DNA of 59,753 nucleotides from Blastocatellia bacterium. Its GTDB lineage: Bacteria; Acidobacteriota; Blastocatellia; UBA7656. Positions 47,290-59,223 of this stretch are shown here, in pieces; position 1 is the stretch's first letter; each line of letters begins with the position of its first letter. A program made the position numbers and the translations under genes. Below the pieces are notes generated by a model. That model saw only the letters and a list, made by a program, of their open reading frames with translations, searched no databases and had not been told where the DNA came from. The stretch covers positions 1-59,753 of the forward strand of contig JBBWZK010000221.1 in assembly GCA_039648975.1 (NCBI GenBank), written 5' to 3'.

Positions 47290-48222
47290 ATGGAATTTGG
47301 AATCACCGTCCCCACCGGCAAGCCGTTTGATGCCGTGGCGCTCGGACTCAACGCCGTCGATCATCTGATCGTCGCGCCGCGCTATCCCGAATTCAATAGT
47401 AAGATTCCCTACAAGTCGCATCAACTGGCGGCGGGCGGCCAGTGCGCGACGGCGATGGTGGCGCTGGCGAGATTGGGTTTGCGCACGCGCTACATCGGCA
47501 AAGTCGGCGACGACGACATCGGGCGCTTTCAAATTAACTCGATTGTTTCGGAAGGCGTGACGGCGGATATACCGGTTGTCGAAGGGGCCGAAACGCAAAC
47601 CGCTTTCATCATCATCGACGAAGCGAGCGGCGAGCGGACGATTCTCTGGAATCGTGATCCGGCGATTGCCACTCGTCCTGAAGACGTGGATCGCACGGCG
47701 GTGACATCCGGGCGCGTGCTGCATCTTGACGGCCACGACGTTGAAGCGTCCATCGTTGCAGCGACCTATGCGCGCGCGGAAGGTGTAGCGACGGTGCTCG
47801 ACATTGACAACATTTATCCGGGCGCAGAGCAGATGCTGCCGCTGATTGACTTCATGATTTCGTCGAGCACCTTCCCGACGCGACTGACTGGCGAAAGCGA
47901 TCTGCGCACAGCCTTAAAGCAGCTTGCAGAGAAGAACGGTTCGTTAGTCACCGGCGCGACGCTCGGCGAGGATGGTGTGCTGATTTACATTCGTGGCCAG
48001 TTCATCCATTCGCCGGCGTTCGCGATTGACTGTCGCGACACGACGGGTGCGGGCGATGCCTTTCACGCCGGGTTCATTTACGGGTTGCTGACCGGCTTGA
48101 TGGTCGAAGAAACGCTGCGCTTCGCCAACGCCGTCGCCGGATTGAAGTGCCTTGCCGTCGGTGCGCGCACAGGGTTGCCAACCCTCAATGAAGCGAAAGC
48201 GTTTCTGACCAGCCACGCTTGA
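47290..48222 (+). CDS. PfkB-family carbohydrate kinase
   Basis: GGQCATAMVALARLG, GKVGDDDIG, ATLGEDG, DTTGAGDAFHAG. Confidence 0.92.
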   Translation: MEFGITVPTGKPFDAVALGLNAVDHLIVAPRYPEFNSKIPYKSHQLAAGGQCATAMVALARLGLRTRYIGKVGDDDIGRFQINSIVSEGVTADIPVVEGAETQTAFIIIDEASGERTILWNRDPAIATRPEDVDRTAVTSGRVLHLDGHDVEASIVAATYARAEGVATVLDIDNIYPGAEQMLPLIDFMISSSTFPTRLTGESDLRTALKQLAEKNGSLVTGATLGEDGVLIYIRGQFIHSPAFAIDCRDTTGAGDAFHAGFIYGLLTGLMVEETLRFANAVAGLKCLAVGARTGLPTLNEAKAFLTSHA

Positions 48223-48371
48223 AGCGCCGTCATGACCGGCAGCGGTTGCGAAGATAGCTGGTCAGCAATACGTCCCTGGCGTTGCGCTTGACGGCCCATG
48301 TGCGGTCGGTTAAGATGCAAATTTGTGGAGAGCAGCCCGTATGCTCGCTTGCAGAATGGAATTATCTTTCA

Positions 48372-48444
48372 GGGCCGTTAGCTCAGTCGGTAGAGCATCT
48401 GGCTTTTAACCAGAGGGTCGCTGGTTCGAGCCCAGCACGGCTCA
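48372..48444 (+). tRNA. tRNA-Lys (anticodon UUU), CCA not encoded
   Basis: Acceptor GGGCCGT/ACGGCTC+A, D-arm TAGCTCAGTCGGTAGAGC, anticodon loop CTTTTAA, T-arm GGTTCGAGCC. Confidence 0.95.
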
Positions 48445-48457
48445 TAAATTAAATCAA

Positions 48458-48492
48458 ACATTTAGAGCCACCTTTAGGGTGGCTCTAAATGT
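48458..48492 (+). terminator. 15-bp perfect hairpin after the tRNA
   Basis: ACATTTAGAGCCACC-TTTAG-GGTGGCTCTAAATGT. Confidence 0.75.
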
Positions 48493-48913
48493 AAGCGGAC
48501 ACCGAATAGCGAATTCTTTTCCGCCGTATTGAATACTTAGCGCCTCGACAATACCTCCGTTCCGCTTCGCCTGGCCAGAACTTTCTTTTGCAAGGAAATC
48601 GGGATTTTCATATGCTTTTCTTCTTGCTCTTGCCTGTATATTCACTTGTTGGCCGGAACTGTCGTGAACACAATTCGGTAATGGAGCCTTCTCTTTCAAG
48701 TAAGCCGAGATTTACCTCGTCCACTTCTTTCACTTCATCAACCAAGCTCTCCTAATGATTTGAGATGGCAGTGATCTTTATGGTTTCTTTATACATTCTT
48801 TATACATTCCTTATACATTTCCTGTTAGCCTCCGGTTGTCAGTCGCTTTAGGACGTTCAAGATTGGCTTGGCAGCTTATGTCTTTGTTTTAGCGGTATCG
48901 GAATAAGGGACTA

Positions 48914-49165
48914 ATGTTGTCGGTCGGACGCGCGCTTTACATCCAGGATCAGCCCGTCATTTGTCTTGAATGTGAAGGAATTGGCGCACAGCTATCCACC
49001 GGCCATCTACAGGCTTGGAAGATGAGGGGTTATGTCTATGCCTACTGTTGTGCGGTCTGCGGCACCTTCGAGGTGAGACGCAAAGCAAAGGTTTTAGCCT
49101 TTCGGCAGTCCGCGAAATCCGAGGGACTGGAAGCGCCGCAGCGATTGACTAGAAACAGCATATAG
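48914..49165 (+). CDS. Small putative zinc-ribbon protein
   Basis: AAGGGA RBS; CLEC...CAVC pairs; 10-bp gap to the transporter gene. Confidence 0.55.
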   Translation: MLSVGRALYIQDQPVICLECEGIGAQLSTGHLQAWKMRGYVYAYCCAVCGTFEVRRKAKVLAFRQSAKSEGLEAPQRLTRNSI

Positions 49166-49175
49166 CAATCAGATT

Positions 49176-51500
49176 ATGTCCGCTTTGAAATCTCCCAATC
49201 GCGTCCGTGTGGTCGTCGCCACCACGGTGATGCTTTCATTCATCTCGTTCTGGCGGGCGGCGGCCATTGTGTTGAACGATCTCGGCTCGTCGGCCTTCTA
49301 CGTCGGCGGCATCTCGGAACAGTTCATCGGCAAAGCCGCGCCATGGTTTGTCCTGGGCGTCATGCTGTTCAGCTACGCCGTGCGCGCCCTCTACATCGAA
49401 TCGTCGACCATGTTCACGCGCGGCGGCGTCTATCGCGTCGTCAAGGAAGCCATGGGCGGCACTATGGCAAAGCTCAGTGTCTCGGCGCTGATCTTTGACT
49501 TCATCCTCACCGGGCCGATTTCGGGCGTCTCTGCCGGCCAGTACATCGTCGGCTTATTTGCGCAGACCATGACCTATTTCGGCCATCCGTGGACGCCCTC
49601 GCTAGAATTAATCAACCTGCTGGCGGCAGGCATCGCCTCGCTGGCAACAATCTATTTCTGGTGGCGCAACATCAAGGGCATTCACGAATCATCAGACGAC
49701 GCCCTGCGCATCATGTATATCACCACCGTCATGGTGGTGATCATGATCGGCTGGAGCATCATCACGTTGATTGAGCGCGGCGGACAGATGCCACCGCTGC
49801 CGTCGGCAGACAATCTGAGTTTTGCGGACTCACCCGAACACGCGCTCGGCTGGCTGGAAGCCTTGCGCTGGTTCGTCCCCGATGGCGACCGTTTTCGCAT
49901 CGCCGATCATGCGCCGTCGCTGATCGGCCTGCTCGGCATCCTCATCGCCTTCGGCCATTCGGTGCTCGCCATGAGCGGCGAAGAGACGCTGGCGCAGGTC
50001 AACCGCGAGCTTGAACATCCCAAGCTCAAGAACCTGAAGCGCGCCGGCTGGGTCATCTTCATTTACTCGCTGCTGTTCACCTCGCTGGTCAGCTTCTTTG
50101 CGGTCGCCATCATCCCGGACGAGACGCGCGGCCAGTACCTCAACAACCTGATTTCTGGCCTCGCCATCAACTTCGTCGGGCCAGGCTATCTGAAGCTGAT
50201 CTTTCAAGCGTTCGTCGTGGTGGTCGGCTTTCTGATGCTATCGGGGGCGGTCAACACAGCCATCATCGGCTCCAACGGCGTCTTGAACCGCGTCTCGGAA
50301 GACGGCGTGCTCACCGATTGGTTTCGTGCCCCGCACCGCAAGTACGGCACCACCTATCGCATCGTCAACCTGATCGCCATCCTGCAACTGGTGACGATTC
50401 TCGGCTCGCGCGGTGACGTCTTCCTGCTCGGCGAGGCTTATGCGTTCGGCGTCATCTGGAGCTTCACATTCAACGCCGTGGCGACGCTAGTGTTGCGTTT
50501 CAAACGCCCGGAAGGCCGCGAATGGAAAGTGCCACTCAATCTGCGCCTCGGCAAGACCGAGATCCCCATAGGCTTGATTCTGACCGCCCTGATATTGCTA
50601 TCCATCGCGCTGACGAATCTCTTGACGAAGAAGATTGCCACGCAGGCAGGCATTGCGTTTACCGCGGCGTTCTTTATTCTCTTCACGATCTCCGAGCGCC
50701 GCAATCGCCGCAAGCAGGATCTGACGCTGGCCAAGCTCGACCGTTTTCAGTTACAGCACAGCGAGACCGTCAGCCAGGAAGCGGTCGGCGCGCGGCCCGG
50801 CAATATGTTGGTGGCGGTGCGCGATTACAACACGCTGACGCATCTCGAATATGCGCTCGATCACACGAATACGGATGAGCAGGATATTGTCGTGATGAGC
50901 GTTCGCGTGGTGACGGGCGAAGGCGGTGATCAGGAGCCGGTGGATGAAAACCTGTTTGCCGAATACGAGCAGCGCTTGTTTACGCGCGTCGTGGCGCTTG
51001 CGGAAAAGCATGGCAAGCCGGTTGATCTGCTGATCGTGCCGGCCACCAACATCTATGACGCGGTGGCGCAGGCGGCGGTGCGCCTGGATTCCGAGCAAAT
51101 CATCGCCGGGCAGTCGGCGAAGATGACGCTACAAGAGCAGGCGCGCGAACTGGGCCGCGCCTGGGAGCGGCTGCCGGAAAAGCCGCGCCGTCAGGTGCTG
51201 TTCCGCGTCATCGAGCCCGGTAATCAAGAACATATCGTCTACCTGGGAGCGCATGCGCCTACCCTGACCAACGAAGATCTCAGTCTGATTCACCAGATCT
51301 GGTTACAGGTCAGCAACGTCCCGGCTCGCCAGCGCGTCCATCACCGAGATGTCGTGCGTGTAGCATTGGAACGGTTGAAGCGTGATCTGAAAGGGCGAGC
51401 GGATGTGATGCTTGATTTTCATAAACTGGAGCGCAAGGCAGATCGTGAAACGAATTCCAAGTTTGAACGGAACGGATCGGAAAGCTCCACTAGAAAGTAA
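49176..51500 (+). CDS. APC-superfamily transporter with cytoplasmic C-terminal domain (KimA/YdaO-like)
   Basis: About 12 TM segments; LNDLGSSAFY and AMSGEETLAQ match the KimA-type TM1/TM6 patterns; hydrophilic alpha/beta C-terminal domain. Confidence 0.8.
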   Translation: MSALKSPNRVRVVVATTVMLSFISFWRAAAIVLNDLGSSAFYVGGISEQFIGKAAPWFVLGVMLFSYAVRALYIESSTMFTRGGVYRVVKEAMGGTMAKLSVSALIFDFILTGPISGVSAGQYIVGLFAQTMTYFGHPWTPSLELINLLAAGIASLATIYFWWRNIKGIHESSDDALRIMYITTVMVVIMIGWSIITLIERGGQMPPLPSADNLSFADSPEHALGWLEALRWFVPDGDRFRIADHAPSLIGLLGILIAFGHSVLAMSGEETLAQVNRELEHPKLKNLKRAGWVIFIYSLLFTSLVSFFAVAIIPDETRGQYLNNLISGLAINFVGPGYLKLIFQAFVVVVGFLMLSGAVNTAIIGSNGVLNRVSEDGVLTDWFRAPHRKYGTTYRIVNLIAILQLVTILGSRGDVFLLGEAYAFGVIWSFTFNAVATLVLRFKRPEGREWKVPLNLRLGKTEIPIGLILTALILLSIALTNLLTKKIATQAGIAFTAAFFILFTISERRNRRKQDLTLAKLDRFQLQHSETVSQEAVGARPGNMLVAVRDYNTLTHLEYALDHTNTDEQDIVVMSVRVVTGEGGDQEPVDENLFAEYEQRLFTRVVALAEKHGKPVDLLIVPATNIYDAVAQAAVRLDSEQIIAGQSAKMTLQEQARELGRAWERLPEKPRRQVLFRVIEPGNQEHIVYLGAHAPTLTNEDLSLIHQIWLQVSNVPARQRVHHRDVVRVALERLKRDLKGRADVMLDFHKLERKADRETNSKFERNGSESSTRK

Positions 51501-51561
51501 CGGCGGAAATCAGAGCGTTGCGGCTTGAAGATCAATGGCATGAAGTTAAGCCAGTCGGCTG

Positions 51562-51636
51562 CCTGGGAGCGCGGGCAGCTTGCCCGCCGGGCTTGCCGAT
51601 GCGAGAGGTGGCGGGCAAGCTGCCCGCGCTCCCAGG
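51562..51636. repeat. REP doublet, perfect 27-bp inverted repeat
   Basis: CCTGGGAGCGCGGGCAGCTTGCCCGCC and its exact reverse complement; each arm holds an internal hairpin. Confidence 0.88.
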
Positions 51637-51871
51637 TCTTAACTTCATGCCATTGGGCTTGAAGGGACTGGAGCATCAGGCTGGGTGATTACAAGCTCAA
51701 GGAAATTTTTGAGTATGCAACGAACATTTGCCGCAATCCTGATCGCCTTATGGCTTTTACTGATCCTCCGGGCAGATGTTCAGTATCAGTGACCGGAACA
51801 TCACCAACAACACCTGCGCGTGCAAGTGAACGATCTAACCGCGACGGTATTTTTAATTATATAGGGGCAGG

Positions 51872-52318
51872 TTACTTGATCGTGAAGGTCAATGTCTTGG
51901 CCGGCGGATCATCTTTCCCAGGCTTGGGATTCAAATAAAGATCGACCTTGTATTCGCCCACCGGCAGACCTTGCGACGGCGTAAAGGTGAAGTCAACAAT
52001 ATTCTTCTCGCCGCCTGCATTATCCACATCCGACTCTACGATTTTAGAGTTTGGCTCCTGGCCCGGAACATTCACAATGCTCCATTTCGCTCTCACCTTC
52101 GTATTGTCAGGCGCGTTAGCAAGTTTCACCACACAATGAATGACAGGAATATGGGGATCAAACGTAGTCGTAGGCCCAACCGCCTCTTTGTCGGCAGTTA
52201 CATCCTTGGCCAGGGTTGCGTCCGCGATTCTGGCGGTTGAGAAGCTGACGTTGCAGGCCAGTTCTATCGCAGTAAAAACAACCAGCAGGAAAAAGACCAA
52301 TCCTTTTTTTCGATTCAC
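51872..52318 (-). CDS. Putative lipoprotein with Ig-like fold
   Basis: GAGGTG RBS before GTG52318; lipobox-like ELAC; C-terminal LPVGEYKVDLYLN...TLTFTIK. Confidence 0.7.
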   Translation of the reverse strand: MNRKKGLVFFLLVVFTAIELACNVSFSTARIADATLAKDVTADKEAVGPTTTFDPHIPVIHCVVKLANAPDNTKVRAKWSIVNVPGQEPNSKIVESDVDNAGGEKNIVDFTFTPSQGLPVGEYKVDLYLNPKPGKDDPPAKTLTFTIK

Positions 52319-52472
52319 AATCACCTCATTCTCATATTCGAAATAGACATTCCCCGCCACTTTAAGGGGCCTGAAATCGCGCCTGAGATAATTGATTATA
52401 GCCGCCGAAATGTCAAGGTCTGAATTTGCAATCTGGTTAAAACGGGTGCGATTAAAAGAGGGACTACGGTTA

Positions 52473-52502
52473 TGGAGTGCGGCGACCAGTCGCCGCACTC
52501 CA
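52473..52502. repeat. Perfect 13-bp-stem palindrome (REP-like)
   Basis: TGGAGTGCGGCGA-CCAG-TCGCCGCACTCCA. Confidence 0.8.
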
Positions 52503-52554
52503 CAGGCTGCCGCCTGCCCTACAGGCTATCGCAAGCCGATCTAACTCCACTTCA

Positions 52555-53607
52555 TTAGCCTGTCGTCAGAGAGGCTTGACGCTCGATCAGAATTGAATCG
52601 CCGAATTCATGCGTCCGGTAGCCGAGTAACTCCATCTCTTCGCTGGCGCGACATAGCGTCGCATCATCCACGAAGGCGCGCAGCAATTGATAATGACTGG
52701 TGCCGGGCTCATGTGTACCCGATAGGATCGCATCAACAACCTGCAATAGAGTCGTTTCGTCGATGCGCTGTGTCGCCAGACCTTCGCCGCTACTCACCTG
52801 ACCGTCGTGCATTGCCGCATGCTCAAGGGCGCGAACGACGGTGGTGCCGACGGCAACGATGCGGCCCCCGCTGGCCCGCGTGCGGCGGATTGCCGCAGCC
52901 GTCATGGCCGGGATGCTATAAGGCTCGTCAAACGGCAATTGGCGGTCGAGCTCATCATCTCCTGTAGATGAAATTCCGGCAGCGTGCGTCAAGGTGGCGA
53001 AGGCGACGCCGCGTTCGCGTATTGCCATCAGCGTCTGCCAGTCCAGCGCGAAGCCGGCTGATGGCGGTTCAAATGCGACGGGCGGGCCAGCTATCGGCGC
53101 CCACACATCCCACAACGCCAGCGGCGACCGTATGTGCGCGTATTGGATCGGTCTGCCGTGATGCGTGAGGCCGGACCATATTTCGTCGGGCGAGCCTTCG
53201 AGACGCAGAGACACCCGGCGCGGGTGATCAATCAATCGCTCAACCGTCGCCGACAGCGGCCCGAGCGCGAGGCGATCACCCTGTGCGAGCGGCGGCGGCG
53301 GCGGGCGATCTTCTGTGCGCGTACAGAAGTCGCCTGCGCCAAACACAATGGCGGAAAAATGGCTAACCTCGTTCGCCGCAAGCGAGTGGCGACCGGCGAG
53401 CCGCACTTCAATCGCTGCCTTGCTTGATATGTGCTGGCCTTGCAAACTCGCGGGCAGCGTCGCCGCGTCGTTAGCAATGAGAAGGTCGCCTGACCGCAGG
53501 AAGTCGACGACCGCCGCACGACGCGCGTGCTTGATCTGCCCGTTCGCGTCGATGACCAGCAGCTTCGCCTGTGGCGGGCGTTGTACGGGTCGGTCGGCGG
53601 CAATCAT
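52555..53607 (-). CDS. Divergent QueA-like protein (SAM:tRNA ribosyltransferase-isomerase fold)
   Basis: LIANDAATLPASL, AVGTTVVRALE, EFGDSILI follow QueA, but the canonical YQTVYA, AAPTAGLHF and TLHVG motifs are replaced. Confidence 0.75.
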   Translation of the reverse strand: MIAADRPVQRPPQAKLLVIDANGQIKHARRAAVVDFLRSGDLLIANDAATLPASLQGQHISSKAAIEVRLAGRHSLAANEVSHFSAIVFGAGDFCTRTEDRPPPPPLAQGDRLALGPLSATVERLIDHPRRVSLRLEGSPDEIWSGLTHHGRPIQYAHIRSPLALWDVWAPIAGPPVAFEPPSAGFALDWQTLMAIRERGVAFATLTHAAGISSTGDDELDRQLPFDEPYSIPAMTAAAIRRTRASGGRIVAVGTTVVRALEHAAMHDGQVSSGEGLATQRIDETTLLQVVDAILSGTHEPGTSHYQLLRAFVDDATLCRASEEMELLGYRTHEFGDSILIERQASLTTG

Positions 53608-54371
53608 CGCATCTCTCCTATATGTTCATCGCCCATCTGCACAGCGCTCTGTGGCTCACGGTTAGAGAGCGCGGCGGCAATGGCATCAGCAAGTTCACGC
53701 GCCGACTCTTCAGGATGCTTCAAGGTTGCAGGGTCTGCGTCAGGCACAGCGAGCGCATGCAGCGGCGTGTCCATATCTCCTGGATCAAGCGATAGAAAAC
53801 GCACGCCATCTGTGACGAGTTCGGCGTCCCAGATGCGGCTCAAATGATGCAAAGCCGCCTTGCTCGCGCCATAGGCTCCCCATTGCGGATAAGCGTTGAT
53901 CGCTGCGTCGCTCGACACGTTTAACACGACCGCACCACGACCTTCGCGCGCCGCAGCGGCCAACGCGCCGAGCAGTGCCTTGGTCAGCCGAAACGGCCCG
54001 ACGAGGTTGGTCGCCAGGGCGCGCTCCAAGTCCTCACAGTCTGTGTCGCCAAGCAGCGCCAGAGGCGTCGGCCCAAGCTCTGATGCGTTATTGATCAACA
54101 CGTCGAGCCCGCCGAGTTCGCCGACGATCTGCATCGCCATCGGGTAAATATCATTCTTCTCCGAGACGTCGCCGACGATCCCATGCGTGCCGGGATGCTC
54201 GCGCCCCACCGCTTCGACGAGTTCGCGACGACGTGCGACGAATGCGACCTGCGCGCCACGGGCGACCAACTCTTTCACGAAAGCCAGTCCGAGCCCGGAG
54301 GTGCCGCCTGTGACCGCCACGCGCAAACCGCTTAACGGATCAGGGAAATCAATCTGTCGTTTGCTTTGCAT
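53604..54371 (-). CDS. SDR-family NAD(P)-dependent oxidoreductase
   Basis: VTGGTSGLG, DVLINNA, NVSS, YGASK; ATGA overlap with the queA-like gene. Confidence 0.92.
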   Translation of the reverse strand: MQSKRQIDFPDPLSGLRVAVTGGTSGLGLAFVKELVARGAQVAFVARRRELVEAVGREHPGTHGIVGDVSEKNDIYPMAMQIVGELGGLDVLINNASELGPTPLALLGDTDCEDLERALATNLVGPFRLTKALLGALAAAAREGRGAVVLNVSSDAAINAYPQWGAYGASKAALHHLSRIWDAELVTDGVRFLSLDPGDMDTPLHALAVPDADPATLKHPEESARELADAIAAALSNREPQSAVQMGDEHIGEMR

Positions 54372-54460
54372 ATTCACTAGCCCTCAAACTTTCTGAACCA
54401 ATTGGCTTGCGCCAATCGTCTTAAATTTTGTTGCCAGGACGCGACAAGCGTCTTATACTT

Positions 54461-54520
54461 TTCCAAGAAACCACTTGGAATATAATTTTTGGATTTGAAT
54501 ATGTCAAGTAAACACTTGGG
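54461..54520. promoter_or_regulatory. Two CAAG-N6-CTTG palindromes flanking a TATAAT box: putative operator/promoter
   Basis: TTCCAAGAAACCACTTGGAA (54461-54480), TATAAT (54481-54486), GTCAAGTAAACACTTGGG (54503-54520). Confidence 0.6.
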
Positions 54521-55205
54521 AAATTCTTCGCGCCTGGCGCGCCCGGCGGCTGAGCGGTTGTTGGTGCTGCTCAAAACTCGTGGGCCGCAGACGACGGCAG
54601 ATCTGGCGGCTGAGGTGGGCATCACAGGCGAGGCGGCCCGGCAGCAACTCGTGCGGCTGGCGGCGGACGGGCTGGTCTCAGCGCTCTCCGAATCACGCGG
54701 AGTCGGGCGGCCTGTGCAGGTGTGGAGCCTGACTGTCACAGGCAACGCACGGTTTCCTGACGGGCACGCCGAACTCACCGCACATCTCATTCAGTCAATT
54801 CGCACGCAGTTGGGTGAGGAGGTGCTCGACCGGTTGATCGACGCGAAGACGGTGGAATCGAAGGCGGCTTACGCGACGGCCTTGCGCGGCGCGGCCAGTC
54901 TGGAAGAGAAGGTCGAGCGGTTGGCTGAGGCGCGCACACGCGAAGGTTATATGGCAGAGTCGTGGAAGGAGGGAAACGATTACGTCCTGGTCGAGAATCA
55001 CTGCCCCATCTGTGTGGCGGCGGCGAGTTGTCAGGGGTTCTGCCGGGCCGAGCTCGACACTTTCAGGGAGGTCTTGGGGCGCAACGCTTCGGTCGAGCGA
55101 GATGAACATATGGTGGCTGGAGACCGGCGTTGCGCCTACCGGATTTCGCTCAAGCGGCGATCTCGTAAAGAACCGACGCCCGCCGCTGCGGCGGCGGCTA
55201 AGTGA
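54501..55205 (+). CDS. SufR-like winged-HTH regulator with Cys-rich C-terminal domain
   Basis: LLVLLKTRGPQTTADLAAEVGITGEAARQQLVRL...GRP HTH; ENHCPIC...C..FCRAE motif. Confidence 0.85.
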   Translation: MSSKHLGNSSRLARPAAERLLVLLKTRGPQTTADLAAEVGITGEAARQQLVRLAADGLVSALSESRGVGRPVQVWSLTVTGNARFPDGHAELTAHLIQSIRTQLGEEVLDRLIDAKTVESKAAYATALRGAASLEEKVERLAEARTREGYMAESWKEGNDYVLVENHCPICVAAASCQGFCRAELDTFREVLGRNASVERDEHMVAGDRRCAYRISLKRRSRKEPTPAAAAAAK

Positions 55206-55291
55206 ATTGCTAAACGCGATGGCAAGTAGGAATCGTTAAAGCCCGACGTTTGGCCTGCGCTGTACTCAGGCTGGCAAAGCGTTTTGGCGAT

Positions 55292-55615
55292 TCACTTCGT
55301 TGCGCGGGTCTTTTTCGCCGCGCCTTTCTTGGCGCTGGATTTTTTCGCAGCCTTTTTCGTCGCGGCTTTCCTGGTTGCGCCTGCCTTCTTCGCGCTGCCC
55401 TTCTTCGTTGCTTTGCCAGCGGTTGATTTCTGCTTGCCGGCCTTGCCACTGACGGCTTCAGCGACCTTTGAGCCGATGAAGTGCGCGGCTCCCCCTACGA
55501 CGCCGATGGCCGTGCCGACAATCGTTACCGCATCGCCGACCAGATCAACATCTTTAGCGTTCTTGCCCGTCGTTTTTTTTCTTGCTTCGTTCTTTCGTTT
55601 GTTTGTCTTTGCCAT
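55292..55615 (-). CDS. Lys/Ala-rich basic protein (histone H1-like tail)
   Basis: GGGAGAGG RBS; AKKA/ATKK repeats; central Gly-rich hydrophobic segment. Confidence 0.65.
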   Translation of the reverse strand: MAKTNKRKNEARKKTTGKNAKDVDLVGDAVTIVGTAIGVVGGAAHFIGSKVAEAVSGKAGKQKSTAGKATKKGSAKKAGATRKAATKKAAKKSSAKKGAAKKTRATK

Positions 55616-55814
55616 TCCCTCTCCCTCCTGTTGCTTGTTCTCTGCGGAAGCACACTCATATCACAAGGTCGCAGAGTCATTGTCAAGGCGATAACCGGCG
55701 AGCGCCGCTTGCCATGAGATCGGCGCGGCTTCTTGCAATTTTTCAAGGACAACTGGAATCCGCGTGTCATCAACCTTGCGAATGCGCTACGCGTTGGCGA
55801 TCATTTGCTTCAGC

Positions 55815-55847
55815 GATGTAGCGCAAGCTAACCGCTTGCGCTACATC
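55815..55847. repeat. 14-bp-stem hairpin (REP-like)
   Basis: GATGTAGCGCAAGC-TAACC-GCTTGCGCTACATC, just upstream of the GH63 RBS. Confidence 0.7.
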
Positions 55848-55865
55848 CTGTGAAAGGAATGAACT

Positions 55866-58517
<2,652 letters not shown>

Positions 58518-58548
58518 TGCAATTTACAATCTAAAAAATACCTGCCGT

Positions 58549-59223
58549 TTAATCTACAGACGTGACCGGCTTGATGCAGTCGGGAGCGTTTGCCGCCGGC
58601 GAATTCACGCGTTTCGATACTGGATAGGCTTCCATCTCTGCCGCCGGATAGGGATGCAACAGTTCCCGCAGAACAGGAGTATCCTGCACTTGCGGATCAA
58701 GCCACAGGTCTTCGTTGTCCTTCGCAATGATGACCGGCATGCGCTCATGAATTGGCCGCATCAGTTCGTTGGCTTCTGTCGTGATGATCGCGCAAGTCAT
58801 CAACTCTTCGCCTTCCGGCGAGTGCCACACTTCGTAGAGTCCTGCCATGCCGAACGGCTTGCCGGATTTCAGCCGTATGTAAACCGGCCTTTTGCCATCA
58901 CCGATCTTCTGCCATTCGTAAAAGCCATCGGCAACCACCAGGCAGCGCCGTTTCTTGAAGGCATTTCTGAAGCTCGCCTTCTCGGTGATGGTTTCCGCCC
59001 GCGCGTTGATCATCTTGTTGCCGACCGCAGGGTCTTTCGCCCACGATGGCACAAGGCCCCAGCGCACCTCGATCAATCGTTTCTTGCCGTCGCTGATGAT
59101 GACGGCCACCGATTGCGTCGGCGCGATATTATAGCTGGCTTTCAGGTCGCTAGAGATTTCGTCAACGCCAAAGGCTTCGGCAACGCCTGCCGCGCTGATT
59201 GCGCGAGTGAATCGTCCGCACAT
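58549..59223 (-). CDS. SOS response-associated peptidase (SRAP/YedK/HMCES)
   Basis: MCGRF N-terminus (catalytic Cys2), YNIAPTQ, WGLVPSW, INARAET, GFYEW, IHERMPVI. Confidence 0.95.
   Translation of the reverse strand: MCGRFTRAISAAGVAEAFGVDEISSDLKASYNIAPTQSVAVIISDGKKRLIEVRWGLVPSWAKDPAVGNKMINARAETITEKASFRNAFKKRRCLVVADGFYEWQKIGDGKRPVYIRLKSGKPFGMAGLYEVWHSPEGEELMTCAIITTEANELMRPIHERMPVIIAKDNEDLWLDPQVQDTPVLRELLHPYPAAEMEAYPVSKRVNSPAANAPDCIKPVTSVD

Noticed and set aside
48454-48699. 81-aa ORF or prophage attachment after tRNA-Lys
   Set aside because: The ORF runs through the terminator hairpin; no integrase or duplicated tRNA 3' end within the window.
48700-48913. Expected c-di-AMP (ydaO) riboswitch upstream of the KimA-like gene
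   Set aside because: No GCTGAATCC or GGGGGA-type consensus visible.
52555-53607. Assigning the gene symbol queA
   Set aside because: Key QueA motifs are substituted, so orthology is unsupported.
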